From Myxococcota bacterium (lineage in GTDB: Bacteria; Myxococcota; JAJVIH01): 64,000 nt of DNA. The notes under the pieces are model-generated. The model had not been told where the DNA came from, ran no database searches, and saw nothing but the letters and a program-made list of their open reading frames with translations. Shown here piece after piece: positions 1 to 7,564 of this stretch. Position 1 is the first letter of the stretch. Every line of letters begins with the position of its first letter. The translations under genes were made by a program, and so were the position numbers. The DNA lies in NCBI GenBank assembly GCA_022072125.1, contig JAJVIH010000021.1, forward strand, positions 700-64,699, given 5' to 3'.

Positions 1-30
1 TTTCCACGTCGTGACACTCGAAGACGGCTC

Positions 31-425
31 CGGTTCACCCCCACGTGCGTGGGGACAACTTTGCGTTCCTTTGTTAGATGTAATTAGCAACCGGTTCACC
101 CCCACGTGCGTGGGGACAACGCTCCATAACTCAGCAAGTACCAATTGTCCGGCGGTTCACCCCCACGTGCGTGGGGACAACCCCAAGCTGCGCCGTGTCT
201 AGCGCAGCCACGGCGGTTCACCCCCACGTGCGTGGGGACAACGAAAAGGAACCATAGATTGCGCTGTAAAAAAACGGTTCACCCCCACGTGCGTGGGGAC
301 AACTTGTTGGCGATGTCAACGGTTCGCGCGATTTTCGGTTCACCCCCACGTGCGTGGGGACAACAACGCGTAGGTTTTGGTTTTCCGTGAGACGGTCGGT
401 TCACCCCCACGTGCGTGGGGACAAC
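31..425 (-). CRISPR. Type I-E CRISPR array: 7 identical 29-bp repeats and six full 32-bp spacers; truncated by the window start
   Basis: Repeat CGGTTCACCCCCACGTGCGTGGGGACAAC at 31, 92, 153, 214, 275, 336 and 397 (61-bp period). The reverse complement GTTGTCCCCACGCACGTGGGGGTGAACCG has the I-E hairpin and the ...AACCG end. Orientation is from adjacency to cas2 and the AT-rich leader end. Confidence 0.99.
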
Positions 426-443
426 ACTAAAAAAAACCTGTAT
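426..443 (-). promoter_or_regulatory. Very short CRISPR leader remnant (18 bp between the cas2 stop and the first repeat)
   Basis: Minus strand reads TAA-atacaggttttttttagt-GTTGTCCCC; the T-rich ...TTAGT end resembles I-E leader/repeat junctions. Confidence 0.6.
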
Positions 444-716
444 TTACGCCATCCGAACCAGAAAAATCCCCTCGAAGTCTTCGACCGATCGCGCCGATTT
501 CCCCCAGCTCAGGACCCGGAAGCCCTGTTCATTATCACTCGAATGAATCATCACGCAACTGCCTTCACCGGCTTGGCCGCAGGCTTTTTCCCACAGTTTA
601 TCGCGCACCATGGCTGAAACCCTCCCCACGAAGACCCCCGCTTTCGGCTCCAAAAACCACCGTGTCAATTCTCCCCGCAACCCGATTGGCACGCGCTCAA
701 GAATCAGAACCACCAT
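444..716 (-). CDS. cas2: Type I-E CRISPR-associated Cas2
   Basis: MVVLILERVPIGLRGELTRWFLEPKAGVFVG is the typical Cas2e N-terminus; AGGAG RBS before the ATG at 716; overlaps the cas1 end. Confidence 0.95.
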   Translation of the reverse strand: MVVLILERVPIGLRGELTRWFLEPKAGVFVGRVSAMVRDKLWEKACGQAGEGSCVMIHSSDNEQGFRVLSWGKSARSVEDFEGIFLVRMA

Positions 717-1671
717 CGTTCTCCTCCTTTTCATCCGTGTCCACAGCATAGGAGCGTCCGCCCTCCACTTCTCCCTCCACGGGATCCCACAATGGGCCCG
801 GAGCGACGCCAGCTTGGTCGAACGGACTCTCGCCGGAAGTTCCTTTTTTGGGCAGCATCAGCGCATTCTGAATGTCCGGAATGATTCTGGCCAGAAGCCG
901 CGTTGACACAAACAGGTCGCGGCACATGATCCGCACACTTCGTTCCAGGCCGTCCTTGTTCTCCGCCGCCGCGCGAAAAGCCGCCGGTATCGTGATTTCC
1001 GATTTGTAAAGATCGGCGACATCATAAACGAAGGACAACATCTTTCCGGTGTGGATGAAGCCCAGCGCCGGAGAAAATCCCGCCGAGGCGATGGCTGCCT
1101 GGCAAATGCCATAAAGACACGAATTGGCCGCCGACAAAGCCCTGTTCACCGGGTCCGCGTTGGCCCATTCACCCCGGTAATTGCGGCCGGACCAGGGTAC
1201 CCCGGTTTCCCGGGCGGCTCTGGCGTATGCGCTCCTGACACGAACGCCTTCCATCCCGCGGATCTGTTGCAGGGTCAGCTCCGGATCGAACACCTCGGCG
1301 AATCGCAACTGGTATAACCGGCGCACGGCCTTCATATGAAGCTCCGCATCGGCCCAAACCCGCGCCTGATGAAGAAAATTCGCCGCGCTGCGCGTCTTGC
1401 CCATGCCGGCCGCGTAGAACCGGATTCCCTGTTCGCCGCACCAAGTCACCAGACAACCGTGATCCGCCAGCACGGTCACGGCGGCATGCGTGATGGAGAC
1501 GCCTGGTCCCAGCATGAGCAGCGCCAGATTGGCGCAGGGGACCGGCGCCTTGCCGGATTTGTCGTGTATGGCGATTGCCCGGGCTTCCTGGTCAATGCGG
1601 CAATGCTCGACGTAGAGATAGCTCCAGCCGTCGCTGAATTTGGGCAAAACGTGAAGGTCTTGAACTCTCAG
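697..1671 (-). CDS. cas1: Type I-E Cas1 integrase (start ambiguous: CTG at 1671 or TTG at 1647)
   Basis: SYLYVEH, LLMLGPGVSITHAAV, QQIRGMEG.RVR, NRALSAAN..LYG, GFIHTG..LSFVYDVADLYK are Cas1e motifs. Confidence 0.97.
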   Translation of the reverse strand: MRVQDLHVLPKFSDGWSYLYVEHCRIDQEARAIAIHDKSGKAPVPCANLALLMLGPGVSITHAAVTVLADHGCLVTWCGEQGIRFYAAGMGKTRSAANFLHQARVWADAELHMKAVRRLYQLRFAEVFDPELTLQQIRGMEGVRVRSAYARAARETGVPWSGRNYRGEWANADPVNRALSAANSCLYGICQAAIASAGFSPALGFIHTGKMLSFVYDVADLYKSEITIPAAFRAAAENKDGLERSVRIMCRDLFVSTRLLARIIPDIQNALMLPKKGTSGESPFDQAGVAPGPLWDPVEGEVEGGRSYAVDTDEKEENDGGSDS

Positions 1672-2504
1672 ACCGCCTCCTCCGCGCCCGGCACGGCGAG
1701 CGGCGCAACCGAAAGCAGGCCGAACCCAAATGCCTTTCCAGGGCCGATGCCCTGAACCAGCGCCTCGCGAAAGGCGTCTGGGTCCGTGACTTGCAGAATG
1801 CCGTCGAATTGGACGGAAAACAGGCGTATTCCTTTTGGGCCCTTCCCCTTTTGGTTTTCGTCCGCGTTGTCGTTGGCATTGCTTGGCTTGTTCTTGTCCA
1901 CATGGACATAGCTCGAACTGGCCGTGGCGGAGTTGATGGAGAATCCCACTGATTCGCCCCGGCGGGCAAGCCAGTCCACAAGCTGGCAGGCCGGAACGGG
2001 CACGCGCTTTCCGATGGATTCCTGTTTCTTCAAATCCGGTGATTTTTCACTCAGCCGTTTGGTCGGATTCGCCGCGAGGCGGAATCGCAGACGCTGGTCT
2101 TTCGAGAAGCGCGGATCGAATTGTTTCACCCCGGGGGGCGCCGCCAGAAGATAATCCGCATTGTGAAAGGCATAGCCCCAGTCGGGCTCAACGGCGGACT
2201 GCACGATGATCATCACCCGGCCGTTGGAAAGAGGATCAATGCGAAACAGAAAGTTCGAGTCCGAGGAGCGTTTCTTGTGGACTTGATCCTGGTCCGAGGA
2301 GCATTTGATGTAGACTTGATCCTGACCAAACTCATCCGGTTTGAACGGCTGGAGAAAGTCCGGATCGCGGGTCTTTTGGGTTCCGGACGGAAAAGCCATG
2401 CAAAGGCGCTGGTGGACACGATAGCGATTTCGGAGCCACGAGCGTCCGGGCCTGGGCTGGTCTGGGTTGTCTCCTGCATTAATCAATAGACGGGACAGGT
2501 ACAT
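1668..2504 (-). CDS. cas6e: Type I-E Cas6e/Cse3 crRNA endonuclease
   Basis: MYLSRL start, Y..HQRL..AF, FLFRID, LRFRLAANPTK and C-terminal G-rich loop GIGPGKAFGFGLLS. Confidence 0.95.
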   Translation of the reverse strand: MYLSRLLINAGDNPDQPRPGRSWLRNRYRVHQRLCMAFPSGTQKTRDPDFLQPFKPDEFGQDQVYIKCSSDQDQVHKKRSSDSNFLFRIDPLSNGRVMIIVQSAVEPDWGYAFHNADYLLAAPPGVKQFDPRFSKDQRLRFRLAANPTKRLSEKSPDLKKQESIGKRVPVPACQLVDWLARRGESVGFSINSATASSSYVHVDKNKPSNANDNADENQKGKGPKGIRLFSVQFDGILQVTDPDAFREALVQGIGPGKAFGFGLLSVAPLAVPGAEEAV

Positions 2505-2506
2505 GG

Positions 2507-3628
2507 TTATTCCACCTCTTCCGCGGAAAGCCACCGGCGCCGGGTCTCCAGTGAGCGGAACTTGATAATCTCCTCCCGCTTTTCGATGATTCGATCACGC
2601 CAGCGCGGCTCCTCGGGATTGATGCGGTCCATCCCCATGCCAAGGCCGTATTCGATCATGGTGACGGCGTCATGGCATAGCCTGCAAAGCGAACGCAGGT
2701 CTTCCAGGGTTTCGGCTCCCCCGGCCCTCCGGTAGGTGATGTGCTGGACGGTCATGCGCGGTCCGGACGACTTGCAGAAGACGCACAACCCGGCGTCGGC
2801 TTCAATCCGCTCTGCGCGGCGCTTCCGGTATTCCGTATCCTTATAGTTCGCGCGCGGGCGCGGCGGCGCCGGCGTATATTCCTGGACCGGATCGCCAACG
2901 GTCACCCCCACCTCGCCGCGCAGGACAAATCTCGGCTCGTGGACCGGTGGATCGAAGCAAACCGGCGCGTCATACCACACTTCCGCGTCATCGGGGGCGA
3001 CGTCATTTTCAGAGGCGCGCCGCCATTCCACGAGCGTTTGGACCTTCCTGTTCCGTGGCTTGTCGTCGTCCTTGTACCGCGGGCGCCATGGAATGAACTT
3101 CAACGCGGTGTTCAGGTCGTCATGGCTGGCGGGATTTGTCCACGATTCATCCTTGCCGGGCCTTGCAAGCACCGGAACGGACGGCGGGCAGGACTTGCGT
3201 CCAAGGAAAACCGGCCACTTTGGCGCCGCAACCGCCTCAGCGACCTTCTGGATCCACTTCGCATCACCTTGGAGCGCGACGAGAAAGCTCGCGTCGGCCA
3301 AGTATTCCCGGCGCGTGATGAGCGTGCCCTTGGCGCCGGTCCTCACATCACCCCCAGCGGTTGTCATACCGGTTCCGGCTCCCACCGTGTGGTAATCCCA
3401 CCAGAGCGCGCCACGGCGATCCACGCGCACGCCCATCGAAAGAGCATTCAACTCCGGCAGGCGTTGCCGCGCCTGCTCACGCGACAGCCCCATGGCGCAG
3501 CAGACGAGGCCCAGCACACCGGACTTGGTTGGGACATCCATGGTCCGCCGGATGACGAATTTTGACGTGTCGCCCCATGCCTGAAGGGGGCCTTCGAGGC
3601 GCAGGAAGAGGGTGTTGGCTCCGGTCAT
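2507..3628 (-). CDS. cas5: Cas5e fused to a C-terminal HNH endonuclease (Cas5-HNH)
   Basis: Residues 1-~245 are Cas5e (LRLEGPLQAWG, PTKSGVLGL, DYHTV, REYLADASF, FLGRKSCPPS). After a Pro-rich linker comes C282xxC285...QH296ITY...ED310L..LC315xxC318H319, a Zn-binding HNH. Confidence 0.93.
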   Translation of the reverse strand: MTGANTLFLRLEGPLQAWGDTSKFVIRRTMDVPTKSGVLGLVCCAMGLSREQARQRLPELNALSMGVRVDRRGALWWDYHTVGAGTGMTTAGGDVRTGAKGTLITRREYLADASFLVALQGDAKWIQKVAEAVAAPKWPVFLGRKSCPPSVPVLARPGKDESWTNPASHDDLNTALKFIPWRPRYKDDDKPRNRKVQTLVEWRRASENDVAPDDAEVWYDAPVCFDPPVHEPRFVLRGEVGVTVGDPVQEYTPAPPRPRANYKDTEYRKRRAERIEADAGLCVFCKSSGPRMTVQHITYRRAGGAETLEDLRSLCRLCHDAVTMIEYGLGMGMDRINPEEPRWRDRIIEKREEIIKFRSLETRRRWLSAEEVE

Positions 3629-4800
3629 ATTCCCGCCTCCACCGGCGCAGTGGGTGATTCCACTGTCCTCATGACCTCCCCGACAAAGGTGTCGAACTTG
3701 TCAAACTCGCGGGAACCGTCCACGGGTTGTTCCTGCTCGTGTTCCTTCTTCTGCCTGTCGATCCAGGTCAGGCGATGGCGAAGACCCGGCGAGAACCAGA
3801 AACGTTCGGCCTCGACGCCGTAACCTTCAATGAGTTCGTGGGCGTACTGGCCCAGTCTGGCGATGCTTTCGCCGATCAAACCACGTGTGGACTTTTCCGG
3901 CACTGGATCGGCGAAGGCGTTGGCGTAGCTGATCGGCGTGGCCTGCCTGGTTTTGATCTCCACCAGAACTCCGTCGGGCGGATTGAATGCCGCGTGGGAA
4001 TGTTGCTTGCCCGAGGGATTGGCCTTGACCGCTGCTTCGAGGAAGCAGCGGATGGTCGTCTTGGCGAGTTCCTCATCACCCCCGAGGTTCGTCTTCAACT
4101 GCTCGAAGTCAATGACGAAGTGTTTGTAGAAGCAGGCCGAATTGAACATGGCCTCGTTGACGTGGGCGGCGCCGGCGTCCTGGCCGGGCACATCGTCGGC
4201 GGCTGTGAAGTAATCCACCTCGTTGACGACCGCGTGAGTCGAGATGGCGTGAGCGGCGGAGAGCGCGGCCTCGACCGTGAACTTGCCTTTGAGAACCTTA
4301 AACGGCTCCTTTGCATCGAATTCCGTCATACGGCCGCAAAGTGCGATGTCGGGTGTCTTGACAAACTCGCCGATGATCTCGGCGAATTTCTTTCCCAGGT
4401 TACCGTTTCCGTCACGCACGGCAGCGCCCATTTTCTGGATGGCGGATTGGGGGAGAAAGAAGAGCGCATCGAAAGTGTTCTCATCCTTCTTCAGGCCGAC
4501 CCCCCCTTCTTCAAAGACCTTTCGAATGGCCTTGCAATGTTGCTCTTTAGGTGGATTGCCTTCGTCCGCCGCCTCCTTCGCGATGAGTTCGATCAGCCGC
4601 CGTGTACGCACGCCGCCGTCCTTCTCCAAAGCGGCGGAAAACTCCGGGCTGCGCCGGATGCTGCGTTTGAGACACTGGCTGGAGATGCGCGCCCGGGTGA
4701 AGCCGCCAAAGATGCAGGTCTTGGGCGCGCCCAGGTCATCCCGGTTCAGGTTCGCCGGGCCGTGGTTCTGGATCATGTGGATTTCGATCAGCATGTTCAT
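3625..4800 (-). CDS. cas7: Type I-E Cas7/Cse4 backbone
   Basis: IEIHMIQNHGPANLNRDDLGAPK, RARISSQCLKR, DIALCGRM, VDYFTAADD, NPSGKQHSHA. Confidence 0.97.
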   Translation of the reverse strand: MNMLIEIHMIQNHGPANLNRDDLGAPKTCIFGGFTRARISSQCLKRSIRRSPEFSAALEKDGGVRTRRLIELIAKEAADEGNPPKEQHCKAIRKVFEEGGVGLKKDENTFDALFFLPQSAIQKMGAAVRDGNGNLGKKFAEIIGEFVKTPDIALCGRMTEFDAKEPFKVLKGKFTVEAALSAAHAISTHAVVNEVDYFTAADDVPGQDAGAAHVNEAMFNSACFYKHFVIDFEQLKTNLGGDEELAKTTIRCFLEAAVKANPSGKQHSHAAFNPPDGVLVEIKTRQATPISYANAFADPVPEKSTRGLIGESIARLGQYAHELIEGYGVEAERFWFSPGLRHRLTWIDRQKKEHEQEQPVDGSREFDKFDTFVGEVMRTVESPTAPVEAGI

Positions 4801-5414
4801 ATTTCCTTTCTGGTTGTTGAGTTGGTATCTGTTCCGCTTCCACTGTTTTGCTCCGCCGCATCATCCGGAACTTTTGAATTAGCGGCGCCGAGATATTTTT
4901 CCGCCCAGATGTCTCGTACATCGCGTTCGAGGCGGTGCTCCTCGCCCCGGTCCCAGATGGAGAGATGGTCGAGGAGTTTCACCCAGTCAATGCCGTTCAC
5001 ATCCCGCGCATGGGGTACGCGCCCGGCGACGGCCCGGGCGGCCTCTCCCAGCGCCCAGCGCAAATGCGGCTCCAGGGAAGACAAGGACGAGCAAAGCAGG
5101 GCGTCGAATCGTTGCCGGAAGCGCTTGCGGCCATTTTCGTCGCGTGGTTCGCAGCGGCCCAGAACTACAGGCAACCACAGTTCGTCTGAACCGGACGGAA
5201 CGGGGAACGCGCCGAAAAGCTTGGCCACGAGCCATGACGGCTCCCGGCGAGGAGCCGCCTGATTTTCCTTCCGCAGCGGCCACCACAGGCCCGTGAAGAG
5301 GTCGAAACCCGGGAGCGTTTCGTCGAGCGGCCGTCCGGCCAGACGGCGCAACCGCGAGCGTTCGCCTTCCTGCAAGTTTGAAAGCTTCTGGATGTATTCA
5401 GCGGTCGGACTCAT
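4797..5414 (-). CDS. cse2: Type I-E small subunit Cse2/Cas11
   Basis: Helical protein between cas8e and cas7; GERSRLRR, RFDALL, IDWVKLLDHLSIW, WAEKY. Confidence 0.88.
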   Translation of the reverse strand: MSPTAEYIQKLSNLQEGERSRLRRLAGRPLDETLPGFDLFTGLWWPLRKENQAAPRREPSWLVAKLFGAFPVPSGSDELWLPVVLGRCEPRDENGRKRFRQRFDALLCSSLSSLEPHLRWALGEAARAVAGRVPHARDVNGIDWVKLLDHLSIWDRGEEHRLERDVRDIWAEKYLGAANSKVPDDAAEQNSGSGTDTNSTTRKEI

Positions 5415-7156
5415 TTTGAGCCTCCCTTCTTGCGGCCGCGTTTTGCTTTGCCAGGCGCGGCTTCAGCCGCGTCTGCGTTCGATGGTTGATCCGGCTTCTC
5501 TACCAGTTCTTTGATCTTGTTGTTCAGCAGGTATTCCGCGTGTTTCAGCGCGGCGCGCCGGCGAAGCGGTGAGCCGGGTGTGACGGAAGCGACAATTTGT
5601 TCGACGACCGGCTCGTAAAAAACCCAAAGAAACTTGTCGACCTCAGCGTCGGGTTGTTTGAGAGCGGCCCGCAGGCGGGACTCGGCGTCGGGTATAGCCA
5701 ATACAACAGCAGCATTGACTTCGGGGTGATCATCCTTGCCCGTCTTCTTGTTGGGTGTGGTGCACTTGACGAGAGAGCGCAGACCCTCGCGAATGCTCGC
5801 GGAGCGTTCGACGCGCTGACTAGCCGCCTCATTCGGAACGGACACGCTTGTCGCGTCTTGGAACGTGAAATCGTTTACGACGGGACCGATGGCGGATACT
5901 TTGCCTTGGCGTTGACCGCGAAGACGAAGGGCGTCGCGCCAGAACCTGCTTGCTTGAATGCCCGCATCCGCGTTCAAGTCGGGCAAGCCGAGAGCTTCCG
6001 CGTCTTTCAGCAGGTGCGGGTCCTCATCCCAGAACTTCTTGACCTGCGTGTCGTTCTTGCGCAGATGCGGCGCTTCCTGTTTGGTTGCCTTCTTGGTCAG
6101 TTCCTTGATCGCCTGATGATTGGCCGCAGTGAAAAGCTGGTGGAAGACGCGGGCGATTTTCTGTTCATCGGGTTCAGGATTTGGCGCAGCGGCGGCGGGG
6201 GTGTCGGCCGCATCAAGCGCCGCCATTCTGCATTTGCCGATGAGTTGAGCGACCTTGACTACTTTGTTGGCCAGCCTGCGCTCTTTTGTTTCTTTTGACT
6301 TGTAACCATTGTTGATTTTCTGGAACTCGGCCAAGACGTCCTTTCCGAATTGCTGGCCCCGGGTGACGGGAGTGGGCCACCCTCTCTCAATTGATAGGGT
6401 TTTGACAGGCGTTCCAATTTGCCCACAGTTTGCACAAGGACCATTTTCCCCATCGTTATTCAGCCAGAACTTGCGGGGCCGCCAGGCAAGCAGGGCCACC
6501 GTGTCAGGTGAATCCGGCTGCTTGTTGCTTAACCATGGAGCCTGATCAACTTGCGGATTTTTTTCTGGAAGGTTCGCGCAAAGAGTATGGAGCAGGTTCC
6601 TCTCTTCAATCAATGCATAAGCCGCGGAGCCGGGGTTGACTGATGCGGGATAATGCCCGTTGGCCGGAGCCCAGACCGAGAGCCGCAAGATTCCCATCGC
6701 GCAACAAGCGGGGCAAAACCCATAGGAATCATCATACACAACATGGCGCATGTGATTCACCGAATTCGCTCCAGGGAACTCGACGAGCAGATCGCCGATG
6801 GGCCGAGGCTTTATTTTATTTTGCAGCGAGGCGTCCTGATAGAACCTTTTGCCATCGCCCAGCAGATTGAACGCGGCCCGGTTTGCCTCCAGCTTCGCCA
6901 GCCAGTTTTCCGGTATGCCCGCGCTCGACTCGTCCAGTTCCGCAAGGGAAGACTTGGCGTCCTCCTTGCACCACATGAGCACGGCCAACAGAAATCGCAG
7001 GAGCGCCACCCTGTCCATCGGGTTGCTGGCGGCTATCAGCCGGATCTGGTGCGCGCCGGTCAGCGCCTGGAGGATGCCCACGCGATCCACTTTCCCGTTG
7101 CTGTAAAGAACGGGTATCCACTTTTCGCAGAGCAGGTTGTATGATGAAGTACTCAT
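5411..7156 (-). CDS. cas8e: Type I-E large subunit Cas8e/Cse1 (581 aa)
   Basis: YNLLCEKWIPV, FNLLG..RFYQ, FCPACC, NLLHTLCANL, WRPR, CxxC, DPH. True start is the ATG at 7156 after an AAGGA RBS; the upstream part of the 841-aa ORF is not coding-like. Confidence 0.92.
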   Translation of the reverse strand: MSTSSYNLLCEKWIPVLYSNGKVDRVGILQALTGAHQIRLIAASNPMDRVALLRFLLAVLMWCKEDAKSSLAELDESSAGIPENWLAKLEANRAAFNLLGDGKRFYQDASLQNKIKPRPIGDLLVEFPGANSVNHMRHVVYDDSYGFCPACCAMGILRLSVWAPANGHYPASVNPGSAAYALIEERNLLHTLCANLPEKNPQVDQAPWLSNKQPDSPDTVALLAWRPRKFWLNNDGENGPCANCGQIGTPVKTLSIERGWPTPVTRGQQFGKDVLAEFQKINNGYKSKETKERRLANKVVKVAQLIGKCRMAALDAADTPAAAAPNPEPDEQKIARVFHQLFTAANHQAIKELTKKATKQEAPHLRKNDTQVKKFWDEDPHLLKDAEALGLPDLNADAGIQASRFWRDALRLRGQRQGKVSAIGPVVNDFTFQDATSVSVPNEAASQRVERSASIREGLRSLVKCTTPNKKTGKDDHPEVNAAVVLAIPDAESRLRAALKQPDAEVDKFLWVFYEPVVEQIVASVTPGSPLRRRAALKHAEYLLNNKIKELVEKPDQPSNADAAEAAPGKAKRGRKKGGSK

Positions 7157-7175
7157 GATTCTTTCCTTTTCAGAC

Positions 7176-7204
7176 ATATTACAGTGAAATTTCACGCGCT
7201 GCAA
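7176..7204 (-). promoter_or_regulatory. Sigma70-like promoter for the I-E cas operon with an internal 12-bp palindrome
   Basis: Minus strand TTGCAG-N17-TAATAT; GTGAAATTTCAC (7184-7195) lies in the spacer. Confidence 0.5.
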
Positions 7205-7564
7205 GCTGCGCCCGGCGTAAAGGGACCGGCGCCAGCCGGGCGTGGTCCACCGGATATGCGGCCGCGTCGTTGATGGTGTGCGCCAGTCTCCCGGAGGTGT
7301 TGAAACCACTGAAAGCCTGGCGTCCACGATGGAGCGGCTGGAGTGTTTCGCGCGCCGCGACCATGCTCTCGCGACGGTTCGCGGAGAGCGGCGGTGATTT
7401 TGATGGATGTATCCTTGCACCGTGGCCGTCCGGAATGGAAAATGTGAGGTATTGACGGAATCCTGCAACGTGCTCGTGCGGAGCGGGCCCGGAATCTCCC
7501 GTCTCACACGGGAGAGCGGCGTGCGCCGGGACGAGCAAACAGCGCTGTTCGAGGGAGACGAAAG

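Noticed and set aside
3727-5262. Long antisense ORFs (e.g. 3727-5262, 26124-27563, 48522-50345, 53611-55101, 60816-62411)
   Set aside because: Shadow ORFs typical of high-GC DNA, opposite well-supported genes, with no recognisable motifs.
7202-7212. CAAGCTGCGCC shared with spacer 182-213, suggesting self-targeting or transcriptional repression of the cas promoter
   Set aside because: Only 11 bp with no extension; chance level. A dedicated alignment would be needed to support a regulatory role.
7157-7564. Possible cas3 remnant upstream of cas8e, and the 841-aa ORF 5411-7936
   Set aside because: No HD or helicase motif in any frame; the ORF extension overlaps the CARF gene on the opposite strand and Cas8e homology begins at 7156.
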